Below, one piece after another: positions 32,734 to 42,615 of a stretch of DNA of 64,000 nt. Position 1 is the stretch's first letter. The number at the start of each line of letters is the position of its first letter. The position numbers and the translations under genes are program-made. A model generated the notes under the pieces. That model was not told the DNA's origin. It saw only the letters and a program-made list of their open reading frames with translations, and searched no databases. This stretch comes from Cyanobacteriota bacterium (GTDB taxonomy: Bacteria; Cyanobacteriota; Cyanobacteriia; Cyanobacteriales; Nostocaceae), in contig JBJOKS010000014.1 in assembly GCA_046045965.1 (NCBI GenBank), forward strand, positions 32,001 to 96,000, read 5' to 3'.

Positions 32734-32870
32734 ATACCTTGCATAGCAGAAATATAGTCAGGTTGGGTTAAGCAACAGCACAACCCAACTACAACTACAA
32801 CTTTGATTATTTTAGGGTTACTTGCTATAAGAAATAGCAATTATTCAATAGAGCAGTTTTTATAATTTGT

Positions 32871-32905
32871 CAAGATCACCAGTAACTAGCGCATAGGTGA
32901 TCGGA
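32871..32905. promoter_or_regulatory. Putative operator, copy 2
   Basis: CAAGATCA-N19-TGATCGGA, 66 nt upstream of ORF 32972. Confidence 0.65.
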
Positions 32906-32971
32906 TTTTCTATATACAGAATTTGTGCAACGTGCCAAAATTATTACAACAATGAACCTTGAAAACAAAAT

Positions 32972-34051
32972 ATGACTTTGAACTTTGATAAAAAGCGTGA
33001 AGAAGGTTTCACAGAAGTATTGTTAGCACCTGTTAAAGCAATAATAGGTGATCCTAAAGAACTCTACGGTGAATATTACGTTACCGACGAGATCAAACAG
33101 TCTGCTAAAATTACAAATTCTGCAATTGTAATTAGTAACAATATTGACGGAATCAGTCTAATACCACTGCTGCAATTTTCTTTTTCTGATTGGGGCGATT
33201 ACAGTCTACCAGCAGCTATTTTTCTAGCTGCACTGATTACATATTTTGCCAATATCACTGGAACTGCTACAGCTAAACGCAAACCAGGTAATATTATTTG
33301 GTCAATGTCTGCTACTGCTGGTTTTCTAGCAATGAACGCACTCATGACTATGACTACACCAGTTGCTCCTGAACTCACTTTAAATCAACACGGACTAGCA
33401 GAAATGCGAGCTAAAGAATTAATTGAAATTAAGGAACAAGAAGTCAAGGAGAAGATTAAACCCAGTGCTGAAGGATTAGTAAAATTAAACCAAGTTGAAA
33501 CCGAATGTAAACGTTTAGAAAATGAACTAAAAAAATACCCCAGAGGCAGTGTACAGCGTAATGATTTTTATATTAATGCCTATGGAGAATACAGCAAAGT
33601 TCGTAGTAATTATAACTGGAGTGCTGTTCCAGAAGGTAAAAGACCTGTATGTGCAAATGCCAAAATTTTAAATCAAGAAATTCGGGAATCAGCTATACAA
33701 GCACAAGAAATTTGGGCGCGTCAAAAGCAAAAAATTCTTCTTTCTGCTAGTTATGTAGTTGGTATTCGCAATACCTTACCTGAGCTTTATGAACAGGAGT
33801 TTAACGAAAAAGGAGAAGTAAATTCAGGAATAGTAAAAGCACGTTTAGCGATTGAAAGTACATATACTAAATTAGGACAAGGAGAGTGGACAAACTTAGG
33901 ATTTAGTATTTTTTGTTTTGCTTTATCTATCCTTACTTCCATCTTTTCTTGTGCTATGGCAATATCCCACTCTATGAGAAAAGATGTACAGATGAGTTTT
34001 GATGAATCTTTACCTATTGCTCTGGAAGAGTTTTGTCAAAACGACTACTAA
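32972..34051 (+). CDS. Hypothetical membrane protein with a coiled-coil-rich loop
   Basis: 359 aa; hydrophobic segments near both ends flank a charged helical region with two Cys. Confidence 0.7.
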   Translation: MTLNFDKKREEGFTEVLLAPVKAIIGDPKELYGEYYVTDEIKQSAKITNSAIVISNNIDGISLIPLLQFSFSDWGDYSLPAAIFLAALITYFANITGTATAKRKPGNIIWSMSATAGFLAMNALMTMTTPVAPELTLNQHGLAEMRAKELIEIKEQEVKEKIKPSAEGLVKLNQVETECKRLENELKKYPRGSVQRNDFYINAYGEYSKVRSNYNWSAVPEGKRPVCANAKILNQEIRESAIQAQEIWARQKQKILLSASYVVGIRNTLPELYEQEFNEKGEVNSGIVKARLAIESTYTKLGQGEWTNLGFSIFCFALSILTSIFSCAMAISHSMRKDVQMSFDESLPIALEEFCQNDY

Positions 34052-34169
34052 AATTACTCGGCTAATATTTAGCATTTATCGGGGAATCACGCCTGTAGAT
34101 AAAATCACATAGGCTGATTTTTTAACACTTAATTCAATTTTTTCTTTTTTTAGTTCAAGGGTAATCTAT

Positions 34170-34868
34170 ATGCGTGAAATGAATCCACAACGCCGGAATA
34201 ATGTTGCTAATTTATACCCCGTTAATTATAAAGGTTATATTAGGATAGACGTTCTCAAGCTTTATTTGCAAACTGGTGAATGTAATGATCCTCGACTCAA
34301 GGGAATATTACTCCGACTACATCAAGGGGAAACTTTACTTTCACCAAAAAAAGCAGAAGATTTGCTGAAAAAATTGTCTACAAGTTTAAAGTTGATTAAT
34401 ATAGTAACATCAGAATTACTAGGAGAATCTATCCCGCAAGTAGAAGCACTAGGACAACTACAATGTGAAAATGAAAGCTTTTGCTTGGAGGTTGAGACAA
34501 AAATTAGAGAAAATTTGCAAGAATTAGATTTCTTTCTTAATCAATTGTTGGAAATTAACAAAAAGTATGGATATTTAGCTTATGATACTCAACCAAAAAA
34601 ACATCCTCAGAATTTAGAAACATTTCAAGAGAACTTAGATGAATCTAAAGAATTAGTGAAAACAATTTCTTATATTCAGCGTTATCTCAATTATCAATTT
34701 AATACAACTCAATCATTATTTGACCGCACTGCTTACCCTTTAGCCTATTTTCTAAGGATTCGCAAATATTTGGAGATATTACCAGGAGAATGTCGGAGTT
34801 TAGCAGCTATAACTCGTCAAGCTATAGCAAACCGTGTTCCAGGAACTGAATCTGATAATTTAACTTGA
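34170..34868 (+). CDS. Hypothetical helical protein
   Basis: 232-aa ORF overlapping the next gene by 4 nt. Confidence 0.6.
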   Translation: MREMNPQRRNNVANLYPVNYKGYIRIDVLKLYLQTGECNDPRLKGILLRLHQGETLLSPKKAEDLLKKLSTSLKLINIVTSELLGESIPQVEALGQLQCENESFCLEVETKIRENLQELDFFLNQLLEINKKYGYLAYDTQPKKHPQNLETFQENLDESKELVKTISYIQRYLNYQFNTTQSLFDRTAYPLAYFLRIRKYLEILPGECRSLAAITRQAIANRVPGTESDNLT

Positions 34869-35530
34869 AGGAATTTAACTATATGTTTAGAGGGTTAAGA
34901 AAACAATTAAATCGCCCTAGTAGAAAAAATTTTGCAGTAAATACAAGTTTACACACATCAATCACAACTCTTACAGATGACCAATTTAAACAGCAGTTCA
35001 ACAATGGTAAGAGAAACTTTTCCGGTTGTGATTTTCGTCAGGTTAGAAATCATACTTTAAGAGAAGTTTCACTTCATGAAGCTAATTTGAATCAGGCTAT
35101 TTTTAGTGGAATGCAACTGAATAAAATTAATTTTGAAAATGCTAGTCTTTATCAAGCAAAATTTGTAGGTGCTAACCTAGCAGGAGCGAATTTAATTAGA
35201 GCAAATTTGAGTGAAGCTGACTTATCTAATGCTAACTTGGCAGATGCTTATCTAATTAATGCCAATTTATCAGAAGGTTGTTTGTATAAAGCGCAACTTC
35301 ATTGTGCTAACTTAATGGGTGCAAATTTGAGTTATGCTAACTTAAATTCTTGTAGTTTAACCTGGGCAGATTTGAGTGCAACTACTCTATGTTGGGCTGA
35401 TTTACGCAACACTAATTTAAGTGATGCTGACCTTTATGGTGCAGATTTACAACACGCTGATTATGGTTTTACAACTATTATCAAATCACGGATTCAAGGT
35501 TTAATCACTCTCAATAAGAAAACCAGATGA
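34865..35530 (+). CDS. Pentapeptide repeat protein
   Basis: G.RNFSG start and A(N/D)LxxA repeats. Confidence 0.88.
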   Translation: MKEFNYMFRGLRKQLNRPSRKNFAVNTSLHTSITTLTDDQFKQQFNNGKRNFSGCDFRQVRNHTLREVSLHEANLNQAIFSGMQLNKINFENASLYQAKFVGANLAGANLIRANLSEADLSNANLADAYLINANLSEGCLYKAQLHCANLMGANLSYANLNSCSLTWADLSATTLCWADLRNTNLSDADLYGADLQHADYGFTTIIKSRIQGLITLNKKTR

Positions 35531-35609
35531 CAAAATAATCTAGCAATTCTCAAACCTTGGAGAAGTAGAGATGTTGTATACAATATCTCTGCTCCATCAA
35601 CAGATATTT

Positions 35610-36953
35610 TTATTTTATAAACAACCGTCTTCTTTCCTGAATCAACACTTTAAATAATGCCACTATTCCATAAATACCTAAATTCCTAATCAATCTCAAC
35701 CACTCAAATAAATTAGCTGATTTCTTCCTATGTATTCTCACTAAATGCACACCAGCATCCGCAGCAGTATTTATGTATTTTTTCATTTTAGCTATTTTTA
35801 ACAATTTTAAAAATTCATGAATCGCATTATCCCAATCTCCTAAATATTCATAAATTCTCGCTCTATTTGCTAATACATTAGCTAACTTCTTTTCATTAAA
35901 ATCTATTTGGAGAAAAAGCTTTTCCGCTTTATCTAAATAAGTATATGCTGCTGAAAAATCAGGATTTTTGCATTTCATAGCAACAGCACCAGCTAACAAA
36001 TAAATAGTCCCTTCTGATTCAGGATATGCAGCTTGAGTAAATCCACTGGTTGTTTCTTTGGTTTCTGTAAATTTAGTAATTGCTGTTTCTAATAACCTGC
36101 GGGATTCATCAAAATTACCTTTTTTATATTCCAACCAACCCAAACCATAAAAAATCAAAGATAAAAAATATAAATTACCCGTACTTTCAGAAACTTCTTT
36201 ACCTTCAATAAAAGTTAATTCTGCTTTAGCTAAATCATTGACGTTCAAATAAGCAACACCTAAACTATACAAAACCCTACCTAAATCAAAAATATTACCA
36301 AGCTTCCGTAAAATATCAGCAGCTTCTAAATAACTAGATATAGCTTTTTTACTTTGATCAAATCTATCATAGCAACTCCCTAAATTCAGCAAAGTATTTG
36401 CTTGCTGATAAAGATTATTTTGTTGTTGAAATAAATCTAATGCTTGTTGTAAATGCCATTCTGCTTCTTGAGATTTTTGTGAACGTTGTAGAGTAATACC
36501 TGCACCTAAATGGTTAAAAGCTAAAAATTCCTGATTATCAAATACACGACTAGCTAAAATTCCTTGTTCATGATATTTCAACGATTCTGTAAATTGACCT
36601 TTTTCTTCTAAATAACGTCCTAAAGCACAAAATAACCATGAACCATCTTTATCCACACCTTTAGCAATTTCTTGTTGTACCCAATTTCCCCAATCTCGAT
36701 AATCTTGACTAACTTCACAATAGTAAAATAAGGCTTGACAAAATTTACGCTGGTTAATATTATTAACATCATCAATCATATTATCAAACACAGCACGAAA
36801 ATCTTGAATAACTTGGTTGATATCAATATTTGCTGAACTGTGATTACCAAACAGAAGTTGATTATATTGATAAGCTTGAGTTACCCAGTGATCTGATAAT
36901 TCATCGTCAGACGACTTGAAAAAAGCACGCACATCAAAAAGATTATTACTCAT
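35610..36953 (-). CDS. TPR protein (sensor half of a split STAND protein)
   Basis: Repeated A.TL.NLG.CY and GRVLYSLGVAY TPRs; 8-nt overlap with the upstream NB-ARC gene. Confidence 0.85.
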   Translation of the reverse strand: MSNNLFDVRAFFKSSDDELSDHWVTQAYQYNQLLFGNHSSANIDINQVIQDFRAVFDNMIDDVNNINQRKFCQALFYYCEVSQDYRDWGNWVQQEIAKGVDKDGSWLFCALGRYLEEKGQFTESLKYHEQGILASRVFDNQEFLAFNHLGAGITLQRSQKSQEAEWHLQQALDLFQQQNNLYQQANTLLNLGSCYDRFDQSKKAISSYLEAADILRKLGNIFDLGRVLYSLGVAYLNVNDLAKAELTFIEGKEVSESTGNLYFLSLIFYGLGWLEYKKGNFDESRRLLETAITKFTETKETTSGFTQAAYPESEGTIYLLAGAVAMKCKNPDFSAAYTYLDKAEKLFLQIDFNEKKLANVLANRARIYEYLGDWDNAIHEFLKLLKIAKMKKYINTAADAGVHLVRIHRKKSANLFEWLRLIRNLGIYGIVALFKVLIQERRRLFIK

Positions 36954-38292
36954 ATTGTTCCCTCAAAGTTTCTCCAAAATAACGAGCGGTAAAAGAGTGT
37001 AAAGAAACTTGTTTATTAGAACCAATAGGAGTAATTTCAATCAACGAAAGCTGATATAACTTTCTAATTGATTCATCAACAACTTGACTAGATAAACCTC
37101 CTAAGCCATATAATATACGAATAGGTACTGGTCTAGACCTCGTAGCTAAATACAGCAGCAACTTTTGAGTATTAATTGCATTTTCTTGTTGTAATTCTTG
37201 CCAGTTATCTTCAAACAAATAATTATATAATTGTTGTTCTTCTGATAAATTTTGCAACCGTTGAATAATTCTATCTATATCTAATTTACCAGCTTGACTG
37301 ACCACTAATTTCATCGCTAGTGGCATACCATCAGTAATTTTAACCAGTTCATCAATTTCTCCTGGCGTGGCTTTGAGAATCGGATTTTGACTAGGTAGTA
37401 AATATTTTTCTTCAGAAATGACTTGAATAAATTCTCTTGATACCTTTTGATTTAATTTAGATAATGCCAATTCTGTAACATCAGCATCTATTCTTCGACG
37501 ACTGGTGATAATTAAAGAACTTTTTCCTAAAATACTTTGTAATTCTGCTGCTAAGACTCTAGGACTTTCGGCATCTTCTAAACCATCAATAACTATTAAC
37601 CAAGGATGTGAATTAAGAATTCTAGTAATTTCTATTCTGAGTAAATCTGGTTGTAACAAGATATGATTTGGTAATTGTAGCTCTTTACCTATTTCTTGTA
37701 AAGCATCCTCAAATGATAAACGATAAGCCCGATGAGATGCTAATTCTCCTAAACCTTCTGATTGATATTGATATATTTTTGCCCTTACCCAAGCAATTTT
37801 TGTAAATATTTTTTTATGATAAGCTTGAGATACTAACTGATGACAAAAAGCAGTTTTTCCTAATCCTCCAATACCCGTAATACTAAATATTGTAGATTGG
37901 TTTTTTGATTCTAATACCTGAAGAATCTCTTGTAAATCATCACTACGTCCAATAAATTGTTGATATTTTTTCTCTAGTTGCCAAGTTAATAAATTTGATG
38001 TGTGTTCTGTGTCTTCATCATCATTTTCTACTTCTAACATTGCTAAGGGATCAGTATCAACAATATCCTCCCAATTTTCAATCCCTACAGCTTTACAGAT
38101 ACCAATAAAAGCATCTCTATTTACTGCTTTCCCTCTTCGGAAACGCCCTAATGTTGGTTCAGAAACATTAATACCAGCAATATCACTAGCAATATCACAC
38201 CATGAAAGTGATCTTGCTGTCCAGCCCTTCTTTTTTCTCTCTATTTCAACTTTTTCTAAACCTTCTTGAGATGCTTTGAGAGTAACTGCCAT
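36946..38292 (-). CDS. HTH-like + NB-ARC STAND ATPase
   Basis: FIGR, Walker A GIGGLGKT, Walker B LIVIDGLE, IITSR, GMPLA and SLH. Confidence 0.88.
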   Translation of the reverse strand: MAVTLKASQEGLEKVEIERKKKGWTARSLSWCDIASDIAGINVSEPTLGRFRRGKAVNRDAFIGICKAVGIENWEDIVDTDPLAMLEVENDDEDTEHTSNLLTWQLEKKYQQFIGRSDDLQEILQVLESKNQSTIFSITGIGGLGKTAFCHQLVSQAYHKKIFTKIAWVRAKIYQYQSEGLGELASHRAYRLSFEDALQEIGKELQLPNHILLQPDLLRIEITRILNSHPWLIVIDGLEDAESPRVLAAELQSILGKSSLIITSRRRIDADVTELALSKLNQKVSREFIQVISEEKYLLPSQNPILKATPGEIDELVKITDGMPLAMKLVVSQAGKLDIDRIIQRLQNLSEEQQLYNYLFEDNWQELQQENAINTQKLLLYLATRSRPVPIRILYGLGGLSSQVVDESIRKLYQLSLIEITPIGSNKQVSLHSFTARYFGETLREQYE

Positions 38293-38349
38293 ATTGATCC
38301 TAGTATTTTTATGTAATTTCAGAAATGGATACTACTTCTCATTCTTTGT

Positions 38350-38384
38350 CAAGATCACAAACAATCCTATTTTAGCTGATCGTG
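38350..38384. promoter_or_regulatory. Putative operator, copy 3
   Basis: CAAGATCA-N19-TGATCGTG between the divergent NB-ARC and PEP-CTERM genes. Confidence 0.7.
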
Positions 38385-38572
38385 CTAAATGACACAAAAT
38401 AAGTTAAAAAAAATTTATACCGCCAACTAGCTACTACGAATAAACGGTTAAGTCCAACTTTAATGACTTCATTTTCCCCTGTTTACCAGGGGAATACTAA
38501 CAGAAATTAATACTTGTCAAACTAGCCACAAAATCATCCTAGTCACAATTATTAAATACAGGAGTTTTCAAC

Positions 38573-39529
38573 ATGAAAAAGTCAACATTTTTAACTTACG
38601 GTTCTAGCCTAGTAATAGCTACAAGTTTAGCATTCACGAGTGGACAAATAGCGGCAGCAGGACAGAATATCAATGGTTGGAATAAGTCAATAGACTCCAA
38701 CAATGATAGTTTGTCTAGAACTCCTGGAACTGACATATTTGAAATGTATGTGATGGGAACAAAAGAAGATGAACAATTTTTCTATGTAGCAATTAATGGC
38801 AACTTACCTGTCACAGGTTTAGATACTGGAAATCAAGTATGCAATACAAGCACTGGGCAATGTTTTAATGTTAGTAACCAAAACATTGGTTATGGTGATT
38901 TATTCCTAGATTTTTCTGGTCAAAATAACTTTCTCAATGCTAGTAATTCTCGTAGTTTAATAGGTGTGAGATTTGCTCCTAATAACGATTCTAAAGTTTC
39001 TGGTACAGGTATTTTTGATTATGTAAAAGCTACAGATGTGGAAAGAGAAAACGCTGGTTATTGGAACTTCGGAACTCACAATCAAATTGTTACTCAACAA
39101 GGTGGTACTGCATCATTAGGAGATTTAGCTTGGGATGATCCTTATTATGCACCATATAATGGTTCTTTTACCTCAAATCCTATCCCTAATGTAATTGAAT
39201 CAGGTAATAAAATAGGTGATATTACCATGTTAAATAGTGCAGAATTAGCTGCTGCCGGATTTGATTTAAGTTCTTTATCTCAAATAGGTTCAGAAACTTT
39301 TGGTTTCAAGTTTTCCAAATCTCTGTTACCTATTGGTAAATATCTTGCTACTTTGATTTTGGAATGTAATAATGATGCGATCGCACTCCGAGGAGAAACA
39401 ACTAAAATAACTGTACAACCTCCACAAGAAGTACCTGAACCTTCTACTATTTTTGGAATCATGACAACAGCGTTAATTTTTGCAGCAACCAAATTTGGTA
39501 AACTCCGTAAATTTGAATTGAGTAAATAG
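38573..39529 (+). CDS. PEP-CTERM exosortase-sorted surface protein
   Basis: Signal peptide; C-terminal VPEPST, hydrophobic helix and basic tail; AGGAG upstream. Confidence 0.88.
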   Translation: MKKSTFLTYGSSLVIATSLAFTSGQIAAAGQNINGWNKSIDSNNDSLSRTPGTDIFEMYVMGTKEDEQFFYVAINGNLPVTGLDTGNQVCNTSTGQCFNVSNQNIGYGDLFLDFSGQNNFLNASNSRSLIGVRFAPNNDSKVSGTGIFDYVKATDVERENAGYWNFGTHNQIVTQQGGTASLGDLAWDDPYYAPYNGSFTSNPIPNVIESGNKIGDITMLNSAELAAAGFDLSSLSQIGSETFGFKFSKSLLPIGKYLATLILECNNDAIALRGETTKITVQPPQEVPEPSTIFGIMTTALIFAATKFGKLRKFELSK

Positions 39530-39586
39530 CAAAATTCAACGATATCAAACTCCTGATTTATTTAGTAAGTCAGGAATTTAATTTTT

Positions 39587-39997
39587 TTATCCCCCTTTCT
39601 TCAAAGCTGCAATAATTTCTACATTCGCTTCTGGAAAATCAAAATTATCCAACTCATCAACACTGACCCAACGAATTTCTGCACATTCTATAGCTTGAGG
39701 AATTCCTGTCAAGTGATGACAATGATATACATTTAAAGTTACTCGTAAATGGGGATAAGTATGATCAATAGTAATCAAATGTTTCCCTACTGTAATTTTA
39801 ATTCCTAACTCTTCTAAAATTTCCCTTTCTATACATTCTTCTATAGTTTCCCCTGATTCAATTTTACCCCCAGGAAACTCCCATAAATTAGCCATTGTAC
39901 CTTTGGGAAGACGACGATCAATTAAAATCTGTTTTTCTTCATTCCAAATAACAGCAACACCAATGATTTTATGTGGGACAGTAGATATTTCATTCAT
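39587..39997 (-). CDS. mutT: 8-oxo-dGTP diphosphatase (Nudix)
   Basis: WEFPGGKIESGET..ECIEREILEELG and FPEAN. Confidence 0.9.
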   Translation of the reverse strand: MNEISTVPHKIIGVAVIWNEEKQILIDRRLPKGTMANLWEFPGGKIESGETIEECIEREILEELGIKITVGKHLITIDHTYPHLRVTLNVYHCHHLTGIPQAIECAEIRWVSVDELDNFDFPEANVEIIAALKKGG

Positions 39998-40152
39998 GAC
40001 TATAACTATGACAATTAAATTAAAATCCGGTTCGTAGTTAGGACTTTAGTCCTGTAAATTCTGACATATAGCGATAAATCGCTTACTACAAACCAAATTC
40101 TTAGTTTACAGTAATAGACCCTCGACTTCTCAAAGAAATCGAAGGTCTGATG

Positions 40153-40311
40153 CAATACTTGTCGGTTAAGCTCAAAAAATAGAATTACGTAGGTTGGGTT
40201 GTTCGCGTTAGCGTTGCGAAGCAATGGAACAAAACCCAACATTTATAAGCATTTGTTGGGTTGCGCTTTCTTCAGACCCAACCTACAAAAATCCTTAACC
40301 GAACAGTATTG
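40153..40311. mobile_element. Nezha-like MITE with 10-bp target-site duplication
   Basis: Ends CAATACTTGTCGGTTAAG / CTTAACCGAACAGTATTG; AGGTCTGATG duplicated at 40143-40152 and 40312-40321. Confidence 0.9.
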
Positions 40312-40433
40312 AGGTCTGATGGATTATTGGAAAATATTAACATTTATTCAATAAAAACACCAATTAGTCAAATTCTGCTGATTAAATGATAGATTTCGCA
40401 GAGCATTTATTTAACTGGCGTTAATTCATTTAT

Positions 40434-40781
40434 TTACTCAGCAATATCACTGCTGTTTGCTTCTGTTCCTTGCAAAGCTAGATCAAAGTCCATTCTCTGT
40501 TCTGCATTCCGTAAAAAATAACCACTAATCATTGCAGAAGCTAAAAGCCGACCTAGATTTTCGCGGTTGGTGGTAATAGTAATACCAAAGTGTTCTGAAG
40601 GCAGATTTCCCAAAAGTCCCACAATATTCCGTTCCATCACTTGAAAAACTTCCGCAGAAGTAGGTTTAGATAACTGAGTAACAGTTTCTGGACTTAAAGA
40701 TTTAACGTATTCCCATAATAGGTTGCTATTTTCAGATTCACCGTTAAAAAATTCTGATACTCGATTTGGTTGGTTACTCAC
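40434..40781 (-). CDS. DUF760 family protein
   Basis: GLLGNLPSEHF and LGRLLASAMISGYFLRNAEQR. Confidence 0.9.
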   Translation of the reverse strand: MSNQPNRVSEFFNGESENSNLLWEYVKSLSPETVTQLSKPTSAEVFQVMERNIVGLLGNLPSEHFGITITTNRENLGRLLASAMISGYFLRNAEQRMDFDLALQGTEANSSDIAE

Positions 40782-41047
40782 TTTTGATCTCCTTTGCTAC
40801 AACTACTGTCTATGGTAATTGTGACTACAATGATAAATAACCTGTTTTCTATTTAATGACGACGAAAATTTAACTTTGTGTCTATGTCACTCAATGTAAC
40901 AGGTTATTTCCGTCGAGGGAGTCGGTTTAACCGTACCAAAAGCAGCGTAGTTTTGCGAATGGGTAATTGGTAATGGGTAATGGGTAATTGGTAATTGGTA
41001 TAATTTCTCTCCATATCCCCAGTTCCCAGTCCCCAGTAAATAGTCCC

Positions 41048-42046
41048 CTAACTTGCCAAATACTCATTAATACTGTGTTTGGATTTGCGAAGTTTTGTTA
41101 AGGCTTCCCGTTCAATTTGTCGGACTCGTTCCCGACTAATATTGAGGATTTCACCTATTCTCGCTAGAGTCAAGGACTGCCCATCTAATAAACCAAACCG
41201 CAGCTTAATGACTTCCTTCTGTTGTGGGGTGAGTTCTGACATCAGACGTTCTATGTCGTAAGATAGAGAAGATTGCATCACAAAATCTTCTGGTGATGCC
41301 CCTGTATCTTCCAACATTTCTCCTAGTTCGGTGTCATAATTATCTCCTAACCGTAAATCAAGAGATAAAGGCAGACGGGCTTTTTCTAAACACTCCCGCA
41401 CCTGTTTGGGTGTTAATTGCAATTCTTCAGCCAGTTCAGCAACTGTGGGCGCACGTCCCAGTTTTTGTGAAAGTTGTCTTTGTGCTTTCTTAATTTTGTT
41501 TAGTTTTTCAGTAATATGAATAGGCAGTCGAATTGTGCGTGCTTTTTCGGCAATGGCGCGGGTAATAGCTTGGCGTATCCACCAATAAGCATAGGTAGAA
41601 AATCTATAACCTTTGGTGGGGTCAAATTTTTCCACACCCCGTTGCATCCCAATACTACCTTCTTGGATTAAGTCGAGTAAATCGACATTGCGCTTAATGT
41701 ACTTTTTGGCAACAGATACCACTAAACGTAGATTGGCTTCTACCATTTTACGTTTAGCGATTTCACCTTCAGCGATCGCCTGATTTAATTCTTTTAGTTC
41801 TAGCTGTGCCGCATTTGCCCACTCTTCTAAGCTGGGTTGACGATCTAACTGTTCAGTCAGATTATCTCTGAGCTCATACAACGCAGTACATCTTTGTACC
41901 TGTTTCCCATAACGAATTTCTTCTTCGTGGGTGAGGAGTGGCACACGGCCAATTTCACGCAGATAGGTCCGCACGAGGTCTGTGGGTGTCTGAGCCGTTT
42001 TCATGGCGCTACTCTTTGGTGATGATGGGTTTGCTGGTAGTGTCAT
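41048..42046 (-). CDS. sigD: Group 2 RNA polymerase sigma factor (SigD-like)
   Basis: [36 protein letters not shown] and SRERVRQIE; paralogue assignment from memory. Confidence 0.8.
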   Translation of the reverse strand: MTLPANPSSPKSSAMKTAQTPTDLVRTYLREIGRVPLLTHEEEIRYGKQVQRCTALYELRDNLTEQLDRQPSLEEWANAAQLELKELNQAIAEGEIAKRKMVEANLRLVVSVAKKYIKRNVDLLDLIQEGSIGMQRGVEKFDPTKGYRFSTYAYWWIRQAITRAIAEKARTIRLPIHITEKLNKIKKAQRQLSQKLGRAPTVAELAEELQLTPKQVRECLEKARLPLSLDLRLGDNYDTELGEMLEDTGASPEDFVMQSSLSYDIERLMSELTPQQKEVIKLRFGLLDGQSLTLARIGEILNISRERVRQIEREALTKLRKSKHSINEYLAS

Positions 42047-42615
42047 TAGCTGATAAATGCCTTAAGAGGTTGCTATCCAGGTATCCTGGGAAACTACGCT
42101 AGGGTTTGGGATTTACACGCCCGATCAACTCGGCTGCTTATATTTGATCAATATTTTAGATTAGGCTTCTTAACTGCTGGAAGTTACAGTTATTTCCCAG
42201 TAATCACAAGTATCTATAGTCAGATTTTTGGTAATACATTGAACATTTGCAGTTTTATGAGATTGTTAAAAATTGTAACATTTATGAGAAAAGTTTGACT
42301 ACCGAGAAACCCGAAATTTCCTGACTAATTCAGGTGTCCTCATGCCGTAATTGTACTTAAAATATGATGAATTATGCCCCTAGAGCAAATTCTCTAGGGA
42401 AAAAACTGCTTCCTCATATTTGTTAAAATATCTCAATGTTAACTATAATGATTTGCCTATAATAATTGCTTAATGTTTCAGGGGACAGGGAACAGGGAAC
42501 AGGTGACAGTAAGAAGGCAGGAAAGAGGCAAAAGGCAAGAGTTTATTCTTACCCATTACCCATTACCCATTACCCATTACCCATTACCCATTACCCATTA
42601 CCCATTACCCATTAC

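Noticed and set aside
32866..32873. TTGACA on the minus strand within operator copies 2 and 3 as a simple -35 box
   Set aside because: No convincing -10 at 16-18 nt, copy 1 lacks it, and it does not explain the conserved TGATC half-site; an overlap with a promoter is still possible
23431..39586. Island as a prophage or integrative element
   Set aside because: No integrase, transposase, phage gene, tRNA or flanking direct repeat recognised; HIP1 sites inside suggest cyanobacterial origin
40015..40242. Small ORFs at 40015 and 46165
   Set aside because: Derived from MITE and palindrome sequence
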